Shown: positions 25,788-35,618, numbered from the stretch's first letter. The stretch is 64,000 nt of DNA from an uncultured virus (IMG/VR IMGVR_UViG_3300047476_001538) (IMGVR_UViG_3300047476_001538:11772-75771), one strand, 5' to 3'. Translations and numbers: made by a program. Notes: generated by a model from the sequence alone, not told the origin.

Positions 25788-27016
25788 TGAGTGATATAAA
25801 CGTAAGTACAAAAATAGATAAGTGTATTATTACCGGCGAATCGGTTGTTTCCGTTTTAGATTTGGGACAACACTCTTATGCGGATACATTTATCAATGAA
25901 GATCAATTGAATCTATCTGAGCCTGTGTTTCCGTTGCAAGTAAATTTATGCCCATCTTCTGGTCATTTACAACTCGCTTATGTAAGTCACGCCGAAGAGC
26001 GATACAATTTGTATAGCTATAGCTATACGTCAAGCAATTCTGCATTCTCGCGAAATCATTGGGATAACTATGCTCGCGAGGTTAAGAATAGGTTTAGCCC
26101 AACATCATTGGTAGTAGAAGTTGGTAGTAACGATGGTTACTTGGTTGGCCAATTTTCTGATAGTTGCAAAAAAGTATTAGGCGTGGATATTTCAGGAACG
26201 ATGTGTTCAATTGCCGAAGATCGTGGTGTACCATCAGTTCAGGGTGCGTTTAATAGCAATTTAGGAAAAGAATTACAAGAACTTCATGGTTATGCTGATG
26301 TAGTTATTGCTAACAATGTATTAAATCATGCCAATGATCCTGTGGATTTTTCAAAAGGAGCAGCTACCTTAATTGGAATCAACGGAACATTCGTTTTTGA
26401 AATGCCCTATTGGGTAAGTATGTTAGAAAGCGGTCGTTTTGTAGATCAGGTATATCATGAGCATATTAGCTATTTTACAATGAAAAGCATTGTAGCAATG
26501 TTAAGTAAGGCAGATTTGGTAGTATCTGATGTCGAGGTTGTAGACTATCATGGTGGAAGTATTCGCGTATATGCGCGATATAAAACATCGGCAACTCAGT
26601 CTCCATTAGTGGATTCTTATATCAAGCATGAAGAAGAAAGTGGATATTTTACCAGTGAGTTTTATGACGCACTTGTTAAAAAGTTTTCACAACAACGCTC
26701 AGAATGGTTAGCTAATTTTTACAGAATTAAAAATGAAAACCCAAATGCCATTATCATTGGAGTCGGTGCTGCCGCTAAGGCAATGACATGGCTGAATTAT
26801 CATGGAATCAATAAAAATGATCTTTGTTACATCACGGATTCCAGTGAATTTAAGCAAGGAAAATATACCGCGCTAAGTAGAATTCCTATAGTGTCCGACA
26901 ATATATTCGCTGAATATCATGATCCCTATGCGCTCGTATTGAGTTGGAACATTGGTGATCGGCTAAAAGAAATCTTACTTAGTATTAACCCAAATATCAA
27001 ATTTATCTCACAATGA
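25787..27016 (+). CDS. NDP-sugar C-methyltransferase (TcaB9-like C3-methyltransferase)
   Basis: LDLG.H.YAD, EVGSNDG, NVLNH, YHEH..YF, HGGS, GAAAK, K.GK, LSWN. Confidence 0.9.
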   Translation: MSDINVSTKIDKCIITGESVVSVLDLGQHSYADTFINEDQLNLSEPVFPLQVNLCPSSGHLQLAYVSHAEERYNLYSYSYTSSNSAFSRNHWDNYAREVKNRFSPTSLVVEVGSNDGYLVGQFSDSCKKVLGVDISGTMCSIAEDRGVPSVQGAFNSNLGKELQELHGYADVVIANNVLNHANDPVDFSKGAATLIGINGTFVFEMPYWVSMLESGRFVDQVYHEHISYFTMKSIVAMLSKADLVVSDVEVVDYHGGSIRVYARYKTSATQSPLVDSYIKHEEESGYFTSEFYDALVKKFSQQRSEWLANFYRIKNENPNAIIIGVGAAAKAMTWLNYHGINKNDLCYITDSSEFKQGKYTALSRIPIVSDNIFAEYHDPYALVLSWNIGDRLKEILLSINPNIKFISQ

Positions 27017-27423
27017 AACGAATCAATATTTATAAACCCATTCCAGATTCTGGATTAGAAGTTCACAATGATGACCGAGGATGGATTGCTGATGTATTTT
27101 ATGGCACCAGCATCAATCATGTTTGTATTCTAAAGAACAACCCTAACGCTGTTCGTGGCAATCATTATCATAAAAACACGGTTCAACACACGCTGTTGAC
27201 CAAAGGAAAAATGCGCTACTGGTGGCAAGTATCTGATAAAAGCCAAGCCTCTAATTTTATTGACGTTGAGGTTGGTGATCTTATTACTAGTGAACCCAAT
27301 GAGATTCATACTCTACAGTTTTTAGATGAAGACTCTGAGTGCGTTGTTTTTACAGAAGGACCTCGCGGTGGTGTAGATTACGAGTCTGACACATATAGAG
27401 TGGAGTCTATTATTTCAGAATGA
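27013..27423 (+). CDS. Cupin NDP-sugar epimerase/isomerase (RmlC/FdtA-like)
   Basis: DDRG, RGNHYH, P.EIH. Confidence 0.8.
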   Translation: MKRINIYKPIPDSGLEVHNDDRGWIADVFYGTSINHVCILKNNPNAVRGNHYHKNTVQHTLLTKGKMRYWWQVSDKSQASNFIDVEVGDLITSEPNEIHTLQFLDEDSECVVFTEGPRGGVDYESDTYRVESIISE

Positions 27424-28013
27424 AAGCTTTAGTATTTGGAGCCTCTGGTGGCATAGGCAATGCAACTGCTGGTCTTCTTAACGACAAGGATCATCAAGTA
27501 ATCAGATTATCCAGTGTAAATGTTGATTTTACCGACATCGATAGCTGTGATGTTATATATTATTACTTGAAAAAGAACGACCCAGATGTTATAATCAATT
27601 GTGCCGGATATCTGACAGACAATTGTGAATCCGGACATAATACGCTCTACATCAACGTAGAATCAAATTGGTCTATCATCAGATATTATATGGATAATCC
27701 GCCTATTAAGCCTGTTCATATTGTTTTAGTGGGCAGTAGTGCGTATAGAGAGGGGAAAAAGCAATACATGATGTATTCAGCGAGTAAAGCTGCCCTTCAT
27801 AATTTATGGGAAGGTGCCGCTGACTACTTTAAAAACACCAATGTTACGATAAGCATCATTCATCCCGTGAGAACAAGGTCTAAGATGACAATCAATAGAT
27901 TTTCACCAGATTTGGATTATTTTGAGCCAGAAGAAGTGGCAGAAAGAATACTATCAATGATTGATGATAATGAAAGTAAGTGTATTAAAATATCATTCGA
28001 GGAAAAACAATGA
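27420..28013 (+). CDS. Short-chain dehydrogenase/reductase
   Basis: GASGGIG, INCAG, YSASK. Confidence 0.9.
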   Translation: MKALVFGASGGIGNATAGLLNDKDHQVIRLSSVNVDFTDIDSCDVIYYYLKKNDPDVIINCAGYLTDNCESGHNTLYINVESNWSIIRYYMDNPPIKPVHIVLVGSSAYREGKKQYMMYSASKAALHNLWEGAADYFKNTNVTISIIHPVRTRSKMTINRFSPDLDYFEPEEVAERILSMIDDNESKCIKISFEEKQ

Positions 28014-28780
28014 AAAAATTAGGACTATTGGGTAAGGGAACCGTCGGTTCCGCAGTATATGAGGGACTGAAATCAATCGGACATAATATGTCATATTATG
28101 ATCCATCCCATCCAGAAACAAAATTTGAAGACATTCTTGATACTGAGTGTGTATTTATTTGTGTACCAACCGATCAAGCCGACAACGGTGAGTGCGATGT
28201 ATCCATCGTGAACTCGGTGGTTGCTCAACTTAACGAAGTTGGCTACAAAGGACTTGTTGCTATCAAGAGCACGGTTGTTCCGGGAACTTCGGCAAGGTTA
28301 CAAGAAGAATATCCTTCTTTGCGAATGGCATCAGTTCCGGAATTTTTAAGAGCAAAAACAGCATTGGCCGATTTTGTATACAACCATGATGTGTTGGTCA
28401 TCGGGACATTCAATGAATCAGATGCTAATTTGGTTGAAGAAATTCACGGAAGTTTGCCAAAATCAGTGAGCAAGATTTCTCCCACGGAAGCAGAGATCAT
28501 TAAGTATTTTAACAACGTACATCATTCTGTATCTATTATCTTCGCAAATATTGCATACGAAGTCTGCAAGCGGCTTGGTGTAAATTACAGCAATGTTTAT
28601 GAAACTATTATCAAGCGAGAATGCTTCAATCCTGCCTATCTGAAGTGTAACGACAATATGCGTGGATTTGGCGGTCATTGTTTGCCCAAGGATACCAGCG
28701 CATGGAATAATCTGATTAAAAATCTTGGTCTTGAATTTGAATTGATTCAAGCTGCTCTTAACGATAATAAGAGGGTATAA
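28010..28780 (+). CDS. UDP-glucose/GDP-mannose 6-dehydrogenase lacking the usual C-terminal domain
   Basis: GKGTVG, CVPT, KSTVVPG, PEFLR, GFGGHCLPKD. Confidence 0.9.
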   Translation: MKKLGLLGKGTVGSAVYEGLKSIGHNMSYYDPSHPETKFEDILDTECVFICVPTDQADNGECDVSIVNSVVAQLNEVGYKGLVAIKSTVVPGTSARLQEEYPSLRMASVPEFLRAKTALADFVYNHDVLVIGTFNESDANLVEEIHGSLPKSVSKISPTEAEIIKYFNNVHHSVSIIFANIAYEVCKRLGVNYSNVYETIIKRECFNPAYLKCNDNMRGFGGHCLPKDTSAWNNLIKNLGLEFELIQAALNDNKRV

Positions 28781-29685
28781 TGGCAAAAATTCTTGTAACA
28801 GGAGCCAGTGGTCTGCTTGGAACAGAGATATGCAAGCAGCTGAAAGATTCAACTAATCATATTGTTACTGCACTTGATAATCATTCTCGTTCTGATTCTA
28901 TTCCCCCATGTGATCAATGGGTAAGAGCAGATTTGAGAAATAAGGATACATTAGATCATCTTGGGTTTGATTGGGATTATATCTATCATTACTCTGCTAT
29001 CAATGGCACCACCAACTTCTACGAACGCCCAAATGAGGTGTTGACCAATAACTTTATTAGCGATGTATCAGTTTTTGAGTTTGCATCCAAGTGTAAAAAT
29101 CTAAAAAAGATTATTTACGCAAGCACCAGTGAAATGGTTAGCGACGAGCCGCTATGTCCAACCCCAGAACTCAGTGATATCACTATAAAAGATATTCATA
29201 ATGCTCGTTGGAGTTATCGTATCGCTAAATTAGCCAGTGAAAACTACTTAGCCAATAGCAAATTACCTTATGTCACTATTCGTTATTTTAATATCTATGG
29301 TCCCGGTAGCAAGGCTGGTCATTTTGTTGCAGACCAGATTGCCAAGATTAAGCGAGGAATCTTTGAAATTGTCGGTGGCGATGAGTCTCGCAGTTTTTGC
29401 TATATTGAGGACGCTATTCAAGCAACTATCTATTGTGGCGAACATGTCGGCGGCACCGTCATCAATGTTGGCAACGATCAGGAAACGAATATCGGAGAGG
29501 CGTGTAAAATTATTGGAACGCTCATGGGTTATGAAAATGCGCAATGGACCACCATTCCAGGCAGAGATGGCAGCACCAAGCGGCGTTTACCTGATATTAA
29601 CCGATTACGATCTATTATGCCTTCATATTCTCCGAGAACCTTTACAGAAGGGATGATTGATATTGTAAGAGAATTGTCACTTTAA
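28780..29685 (+). CDS. NAD-dependent epimerase/dehydratase (UDP-glucuronate decarboxylase-like)
   Basis: TGASGLLG, ASTSE, RWSY..AK, RYFNIYGP, RSFCY. Confidence 0.85.
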   Translation: MAKILVTGASGLLGTEICKQLKDSTNHIVTALDNHSRSDSIPPCDQWVRADLRNKDTLDHLGFDWDYIYHYSAINGTTNFYERPNEVLTNNFISDVSVFEFASKCKNLKKIIYASTSEMVSDEPLCPTPELSDITIKDIHNARWSYRIAKLASENYLANSKLPYVTIRYFNIYGPGSKAGHFVADQIAKIKRGIFEIVGGDESRSFCYIEDAIQATIYCGEHVGGTVINVGNDQETNIGEACKIIGTLMGYENAQWTTIPGRDGSTKRRLPDINRLRSIMPSYSPRTFTEGMIDIVRELSL

Positions 29686-29688
29686 TCA

Positions 29689-29729
29689 TTGACGAGGTTG
29701 AGTGTTTCTGATATAGTTAGACACTCAAC
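29689..29729 (+). promoter_or_regulatory. Sigma70 promoter inside an inverted repeat
   Basis: TTGACG-N17-TATAGT; arms GTTGAGTGT/ACACTCAAC. Confidence 0.65.
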
Positions 29730-29746
29730 ACTATGAGATAACCAGT

Positions 29747-30259
29747 ATGAAAAATGTGTTAATTGATTGGAAAACTATTGAGAATTATACACTTGAAATT
29801 GCTCGACAGATTTCAAGTAGTCGTTGGCAACCTGACTATGTCGTAGGCGTAACACGTGGTGGATTGATGTCTGCCACGTTGTTGAGCGACTGGTTTAATT
29901 GCCCAATGCACACGTTGGAAGTTCATTTTAAAAGAGGCGAACCCGACGGATGCGAATCCGTGTTGTGGATGGCAGAAGATGCTTTTGGTGAACACGGAGA
30001 TAAGAAAAACATTCTGGTTATTGATGATATAAACAAGGCAGGGAATGTCATCAATTGGATAATAAATGATTGGCAAGATTCTTGCCATCCAACTGATCCT
30101 CGCTGGGAAGATGTATGGGGGAATAATGTACGATTCTCGGCATTAGTTGACAAGCCTTGCGGAAAAATTCTACATCACGTAGATTATAGCGCAACGTCAA
30201 TGGACCTTGACGACGAATGTTGGATACATATGCCTTGGCAAAATTGGTGGATGAGGTAA
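29747..30259 (+). CDS. Type I phosphoribosyltransferase
   Basis: VVGVTRGG; ILVIDDINKAG PRPP loop; PW. Confidence 0.85.
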   Translation: MKNVLIDWKTIENYTLEIARQISSSRWQPDYVVGVTRGGLMSATLLSDWFNCPMHTLEVHFKRGEPDGCESVLWMAEDAFGEHGDKKNILVIDDINKAGNVINWIINDWQDSCHPTDPRWEDVWGNNVRFSALVDKPCGKILHHVDYSATSMDLDDECWIHMPWQNWWMR

Positions 30260-30264
30260 TTATT

Positions 30265-30690
30265 ATGAGAGCAGGAGATTTTCACAACATGGTTGGTCAA
30301 CGAAGATACGTCACTCGCCCTAATCGCGAGTGGGAGTGTTTTAAATCGGCCAACAGTCATTTACACAGAAGCAGGGATGCCTCACTGACAGCAGGATTAA
30401 CATTCTGCACGTCTGGTTATACTTCTGGTGGACAACAACCCCTTTATCATACTCCGGTATACGAACTTGGGGTGATAGATAAGTCTACGAATCGGGCTAT
30501 TCGTTGGTTGCATCCTGATTTTAAAGAGGATTTCATCAAGGAATGCGAGAGTAAAGGAATTGATTGGACAAATGCAATTGATGATCTATCATTTGTTACT
30601 ATTGACGATTATGATGAATCTCGTTCAAAAGTAAGAGAATTGATATCGGAATTTTACAAATCCCACCCAGGATATGACATATACGATTAG
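30265..30690 (+). CDS. Hypothetical protein (paralog of 40877)
   Basis: Shared AIRW.xP.xK..F..EC..K.ID motif; GAGG RBS. Confidence 0.7.
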   Translation: MRAGDFHNMVGQRRYVTRPNREWECFKSANSHLHRSRDASLTAGLTFCTSGYTSGGQQPLYHTPVYELGVIDKSTNRAIRWLHPDFKEDFIKECESKGIDWTNAIDDLSFVTIDDYDESRSKVRELISEFYKSHPGYDIYD

Positions 30691-30723
30691 GTCTAATTAG
30701 ATTATCAACAGGGAAATTATTTT

Positions 30724-31833
30724 ATGTATTTTTTTACAAGTGAAAGCGTAAGCGAAGGTCATCCGGATAAGGTGGCCGATGCTATTAGTGATGCTATCTT
30801 AGATTTGGCATTATCAGTAAAAACAACTGAAGCAAAACAAGCTACAAGAGTGGCTTGCGAAACCATGGTCACAACCAATAGAGTTATTGTGGCCGGTGAA
30901 TACAAGGGTGTATTAAATGACACCGATGTAGAGGCTACCATTAAACAGGTGGTCAAAGATATAGGATATGAACAAGATGGATTTAATTGGAAGACTTTAA
31001 AGATTAGTAATTATCTTCATGGTCAAAGTGCTGATATTGCCTTGGGAACAGATAATCTTGGTGCCGGTGATCAGGGAATTATGTTTGGTTTCGCAAACGA
31101 TGATACCGAAGAGTATATGCCAGCAGCAATTTATTACAGTCACAAGATAGTAAAGCGATTGGCCGAGATTAGAAAAGCAGGTGAGTCTATGCTTGGACCC
31201 GATGCAAAGTCTCAGGTCACTATAGAATACACTGTTGACAATCGCGTTGATAACATACCAAAAATTGTATGTTCAACCCAACATTCTTCAGATAGCGAAA
31301 TTAAGCAAGTCAAAGAATTGGTGCTGAATACTATTCATGAAGTTATTCCTAGCCATTTACTCACTAATAACACCGAGTATCTAATCAACCCTACTGGAAG
31401 ATTTGTAATTGGTGGACCAGATGGAGATTGTGGTCTTACTGGCAGGAAGATTATCGTTGACACTTATGGTGGATATTCACCACATGGCGGTGGTGCATTC
31501 TCTGGCAAGGATCCATCCAAGGTTGATAGGTCGGCGGCATATATGTCTCGCTATCTTGCTAAAAACATTGTCAGCCATTATGGTGGTAGATCAGCAACCG
31601 TTCAGCTATCTTATGCCATTGGCGTAAAAGAACCTACTTCAATCTTTGTTATGTTGGATGGTAAAGTGAGAGAAGACATTGCATCAAGAATTAAATGTTT
31701 GGTAGATTTAACGCCGAAGGGTATCATTGACAGGTTTGATCTATTCAGGCCGATTTACAGAAAAACAACCAACTATGGACATTTTGGCAAATCCGACAAT
31801 GATCTGGCTTGGGAAAACATCAATCTATTTTAA
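30724..31833 (+). CDS. metK: S-adenosylmethionine synthetase
   Basis: FTSESVSEGHPDK, GAGDQG, GGGAFSGKD. Confidence 0.97.
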   Translation: MYFFTSESVSEGHPDKVADAISDAILDLALSVKTTEAKQATRVACETMVTTNRVIVAGEYKGVLNDTDVEATIKQVVKDIGYEQDGFNWKTLKISNYLHGQSADIALGTDNLGAGDQGIMFGFANDDTEEYMPAAIYYSHKIVKRLAEIRKAGESMLGPDAKSQVTIEYTVDNRVDNIPKIVCSTQHSSDSEIKQVKELVLNTIHEVIPSHLLTNNTEYLINPTGRFVIGGPDGDCGLTGRKIIVDTYGGYSPHGGGAFSGKDPSKVDRSAAYMSRYLAKNIVSHYGGRSATVQLSYAIGVKEPTSIFVMLDGKVREDIASRIKCLVDLTPKGIIDRFDLFRPIYRKTTNYGHFGKSDNDLAWENINLF

Positions 31834-31842
31834 TTAAGTAAA

Positions 31843-32217
31843 ATGAAATGGTTCAGTAATCTTTTCAAAAGAAAGAAAAAACAAGTTAAGAAAAAAGAAG
31901 CGTTAAGCGAGATAGAGGTAGCCACTCAACGAGGCGAACCTTATGTTGCTATTTTAAGCATGGACATTGATCCAAATAACCCACACGAAGGTTCGTTTGA
32001 ATTAGAATGGAATGATAAATTTCTCACGACCTTGATTCGTCATGGATATCAAAAATCGGAGAATGACACGGATGCTGATATTGTGGATCGGTGGTTTGTT
32101 ACTTTGTGTAGGCATGTAGTATTAGAGACATTTGAACAATATGAGGCTATGTTGCCTGATGTTCACCGAGTAATTAAACAAAAAAATATTGGGGACGGAT
32201 TTTCAGAAGCCTCTTGA
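31843..32217 (+). CDS. Conserved phage hypothetical protein
   Basis: EPYVAIL..FELEWN..IVDRWF..LCR. Confidence 0.75.
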   Translation: MKWFSNLFKRKKKQVKKKEALSEIEVATQRGEPYVAILSMDIDPNNPHEGSFELEWNDKFLTTLIRHGYQKSENDTDADIVDRWFVTLCRHVVLETFEQYEAMLPDVHRVIKQKNIGDGFSEAS

Positions 32218-32254
32218 CTCATTGACGACGATATGATATAATAATCATATCGTC
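32214..32254 (+). promoter_or_regulatory. Sigma70 promoter with the -10 box in a palindrome loop
   Basis: TTGACT-N17-TATAAT; arms GACGATATGAT/ATCATATCGTC. Confidence 0.7.
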
Positions 32255-32268
32255 ACAGGAGAAATTAA

Positions 32269-33282
32269 ATGCGTTTTTTGTTAGTGGATTTGGCCAATAC
32301 TTTTTTCAGAAGTAGGCATGCTGCGTTTAGATCATCATCTATTGATGAAAAAATTGGTATGGCTCTTCATATCACCATATCATCGGTCAATTCATTGGCC
32401 AAAAAATTTGATCCAGATCATGTCGTTTTCGCTCTCGAAGGAAGATCATGGAGAAAGGATTTTTATGAACCTTATAAAAGAAATAGGCAAGTTGCCAGAA
32501 ATGCTCTCACAACGAAAGAACAAGAAGAAGAGCAATTATTTTGGGAAATTTACGAAGAACTTGTAAATTATCTTACCACAAAAACAAATTGTAGTGTAAT
32601 CCGATGTCCTACAGCAGAAGGTGACGATGTTATTGCCCGATGGATTGCCATGCATCCAAATGATCATCATACTATAATCAGTTCAGATTCGGACTTCGCC
32701 CAATTATTATCTGAGAATGTAAATCAATATAATGGTATTGCCGATGAATTGATTACCCTTGATGGCATCACAACCATTGATGGCAAACCAATTCTTGATA
32801 AGAAAACCAAGGAACCAAAAGCAGCACCGAATCCAGAATGGTTATTGTTTGAGAAAATCATTCGCGGAGATACATCTGACAATATCTTTTCTGCTTATCC
32901 TGGCGTAAGAACAAATGGCTCTAAGAACAAAGTTGGACTGAGAGAAGCATTTGATGATAGGCATAAAAAAGGATGGGCATGGAATAACCTACAATTGCAA
33001 CGATGGACTGATCATAATGGCGATGAGCACAAAGTGCTTGATGATTACAATAGAAATAAAATCCTCATAGACTTGACATGCCAACCAGAAGATGTTAAAC
33101 TTCAAATAGACACATCCATCAGAGAAGGCATTACTGAGGAATCTGTATCACAAGTAGGGGTAAAATTCCTTAAATTCTGTGGCAAACATTCTTTAATAAA
33201 GCTCGGTGATCAGGCGGAATCGGTAGGAAGATGGATGTCTAAAGTATATTGCGGAGAAGTAAAAAATGACAGTGATTGCTAA
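32269..33282 (+). CDS. rnh: T4-type RNase H (5'-3' exonuclease/flap nuclease)
   Basis: VD..N.FFR, SWRK..Y..YK.NR, EGDD, SSDSDF.QL, GDTSDNI. Confidence 0.9.
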   Translation: MRFLLVDLANTFFRSRHAAFRSSSIDEKIGMALHITISSVNSLAKKFDPDHVVFALEGRSWRKDFYEPYKRNRQVARNALTTKEQEEEQLFWEIYEELVNYLTTKTNCSVIRCPTAEGDDVIARWIAMHPNDHHTIISSDSDFAQLLSENVNQYNGIADELITLDGITTIDGKPILDKKTKEPKAAPNPEWLLFEKIIRGDTSDNIFSAYPGVRTNGSKNKVGLREAFDDRHKKGWAWNNLQLQRWTDHNGDEHKVLDDYNRNKILIDLTCQPEDVKLQIDTSIREGITEESVSQVGVKFLKFCGKHSLIKLGDQAESVGRWMSKVYCGEVKNDSDC

Positions 33283-33691
33283 ACCGATTGTTGACAAAAA
33301 ATTCTGGATTCTAACTGAAAACGACGTTAAGGTTGGAAACGTAGAGGCAGATAACACTGGTTATCAGATTAAAATCAACAATCAGGTAACTCATGTAAAG
33401 TCAATAAAAAACATTGAAAAAATCATTGATGTAACATTTCAACCAGCTATCGGAGTCAAACACAGAAAGGATACGGTTCATGGGTATCCTGCTGGAAAAA
33501 ATATTCATAATGCTGTGTGGGATTTGACTCAAAATCTACCATTGTTTACAAAAACAAAAAGAAGTAAGTGTTGGTTTGCGGCTGGTTGGTACAAAGTAAC
33601 TCGTGAGGACGCAACATCCAGTATTTACTGCCCAAAATTGATTATTTTACGAAGATATCCCTACGAGGGACCATTTTATCAGGAGACATAA
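33266..33691 (+). CDS. Conserved phage hypothetical protein
   Basis: Operon context; LPLFTK..SK..FAAGWY..CPK. Confidence 0.75.
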   Translation: MTVIAKPIVDKKFWILTENDVKVGNVEADNTGYQIKINNQVTHVKSIKNIEKIIDVTFQPAIGVKHRKDTVHGYPAGKNIHNAVWDLTQNLPLFTKTKRSKCWFAAGWYKVTREDATSSIYCPKLIILRRYPYEGPFYQET

Positions 33692-34053
33692 TGAGCGTAT
33701 TTTTAGATCATGAAAAATTCATGACAGCATGTGATCAGAGCGTAGGTATTTTAAATGAGGATCAATTCAATCTATATAAGCGATTGATTGATGAAGAGGT
33801 AGAAGAACTGAATGAGGCTATTGATGCTAAAGATCGTGTAGAACAACTTGACGCATTGTTGGATATTTTAGTCGTGTCTATCGGCGCAATACACTCACTC
33901 GGTGTAGATAGCGAAGGTGCATGGAACGAGGTTGTTCGTAGTAACATGAGTAAGATTGATAAAGAATCTGGCAAGGTATTAAAGCGAGATGATGGCAAGG
34001 TATTAAAGCCGGCCTCATTTAGTCCACCCAATCTTGTTCCATTTGTGAAATGA
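33691..34053 (+). CDS. All-alpha NTP pyrophosphatase (MazG/PRA-PH-like)
   Basis: EEVEEL, DALLD, SNMSK, DGKVLKP. Confidence 0.88.
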   Translation: MSVFLDHEKFMTACDQSVGILNEDQFNLYKRLIDEEVEELNEAIDAKDRVEQLDALLDILVVSIGAIHSLGVDSEGAWNEVVRSNMSKIDKESGKVLKRDDGKVLKPASFSPPNLVPFVK

Positions 34054-34280
34054 CCAAGGAATACAAAATAAAATCAGAAGATATCGTTGGCGTTGGACAA
34101 GATGATTGCTATCTTGATCCAAGCGATCCCGCCTATGCGCTATTAGGCAATGATAATCTATTGCACAAGCACAGGGTTGTTGAGGAAGAAAAGAAGATAG
34201 AATCATGGGAAGACAAGTATGCTCGAGAGCATAACATCAAGCCAGGTTCACCGGCATGGTTTGCACTGAGGGGAAAATGA
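34050..34280 (+). CDS. Hypothetical protein
   Basis: NIKPGSPAWF; coupled overlaps. Confidence 0.7.
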   Translation: MTKEYKIKSEDIVGVGQDDCYLDPSDPAYALLGNDNLLHKHRVVEEEKKIESWEDKYAREHNIKPGSPAWFALRGK

Positions 34281-34504
34281 TTCAAATTCAAAAATTTATC
34301 AATAAAATTCGGTCATTTGATGCCAGAGGTGTTCGTGACTTCACGATGCCACTATCTGATGCGAAAGACTTGCATACAGAAATAACATCACTGTTGCTAC
34401 AGATGGAAGATATGCGATCAAAACTTATTGAACAGGTAGAAAGTCAAGAGATCACTAACACCATTATGTCGGGTGGCTCGTTTAAGGAAAGCAATTCAGG
34501 ATGA
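34277..34504 (+). CDS. Hypothetical protein
   Basis: ATGA overlap; ends ..MSGGSF. Confidence 0.7.
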   Translation: MIQIQKFINKIRSFDARGVRDFTMPLSDAKDLHTEITSLLLQMEDMRSKLIEQVESQEITNTIMSGGSFKESNSG

Positions 34505-34507
34505 AGT

Positions 34508-34789
34508 ATGACAAAACAAACCATTATTTTAGAGCACGTAGATAAGAAAACATTTAACTCTGATCAAATTGTAACCTCTGATGGTTTGTTTACTATTTGC
34601 TATGATGATAAGCCCATAAATTATCGTAAATGCAATATACTATCTGATTTAGTGAAAACCCAGTATAAGAATACGACATTTACCAATAAAACAAGGGCTA
34701 TTACTCAAGCAAAAAAATTGAATAAGTTGTTTAAGACAAACAAGTTTACAGTAGCGATTCTCACAAAAAGTGACCAAGTCTATCCTTAA
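34508..34789 (+). CDS. Conserved phage hypothetical protein
   Basis: AKKLNKLFKTNKFTV. Confidence 0.7.
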   Translation: MTKQTIILEHVDKKTFNSDQIVTSDGLFTICYDDKPINYRKCNILSDLVKTQYKNTTFTNKTRAITQAKKLNKLFKTNKFTVAILTKSDQVYP

Positions 34790-35147
34790 ACAAGCACTCA
34801 CGGCTCAGATATTAGAGAAAATTACTGAATACGACGAGTTAGCCGATAAAACCAGCTTTTATGATATATGGATAAATCCACAAAAACATCGTGGGTTTAG
34901 GCTAACGAACACTGGTTATTTTATATTCAGAGACATAATAAAGGTAAGCGGATTTGAGTTCAAATTAAAAAACACAAAAATAGACACGAGAATGCTTTTT
35001 GCGCTTGACAAACATCTAAAAATGCCCTATTATATAGAGAGTGATAAAAAGATGCCGTGTAAATTGATTTTATTTGGCAGCGATGAAGCCATGATGATGT
35101 CTTTGTATAATGATTTACATGACTTTTTGGAATCATATAGATTATGA
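34770..35147 (+). CDS. Conserved phage hypothetical protein
   Basis: GFRLT..GY, LDK..PYYI. Confidence 0.7.
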   Translation: MTKSILKQALTAQILEKITEYDELADKTSFYDIWINPQKHRGFRLTNTGYFIFRDIIKVSGFEFKLKNTKIDTRMLFALDKHLKMPYYIESDKKMPCKLILFGSDEAMMMSLYNDLHDFLESYRL

Positions 35148-35314
35148 TCGTTTGTAGTTGTCGCGTGATATCTACAACCGATTATGAAAATATCGGTGAG
35201 TTAATTGACAGAATCATGTCCGATGATGCGGATTGTGGTAGCTGTCAAGCCGATATTGAAGCCTTACTCAACTATGTTGAGTTTTTAAAACACAATGAGG
35301 AAAATAAAAAATGA
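35144..35314 (+). CDS. Bfd-like [2Fe-2S] ferredoxin, 56 aa (not in ORF track)
   Basis: MIVCSC...DCGSC; ATGA overlaps at both ends. Confidence 0.75.
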   Translation: MIVCSCRVISTTDYENIGELIDRIMSDDADCGSCQADIEALLNYVEFLKHNEENKK

Positions 35315-35532
35315 AATTTGTAACTATTATTGCAGCAATGCTTCTTACTGTTGGTTGTGCGAGCAAGGGCGATCTAGCTGCGCTGAGTGGTCGTGTAGAT
35401 GCACTTGAAGGTCAACATAAGGTCATTGAGTCCGAACACGCTGACGTAAAGGCAAATCAAGAATCATTCAAGGCCGAACTTGATGAGCAGAATGCAAAGC
35501 TGGATCGTATCTTTGCAAAAGGTCGCAAGTAA
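35311..35532 (+). CDS. Lpp/OprI-like outer-membrane lipoprotein
   Basis: Lipobox LTVGC, coiled coil, ends LDRIFAKGRK. Confidence 0.8.
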   Translation: MKFVTIIAAMLLTVGCASKGDLAALSGRVDALEGQHKVIESEHADVKANQESFKAELDEQNAKLDRIFAKGRK

Positions 35533-35546
35533 AAGCTAAATAGGAT

Positions 35547-35606
35547 ATGAGGACTGCTCCATTGCGATTGCGATGGTGAACAGACTGGCCCAGTAGCAGT
35601 CCTCGT
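35547..35606 (+). ncRNA. Candidate three-way-junction RNA after a late box
   Basis: GAGGACTGCT/AGCAGTCCTC closes two hairpins; GCTAAATA at 35535. Confidence 0.5.
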
Positions 35607-35618
35607 TTTATCGTGAAT

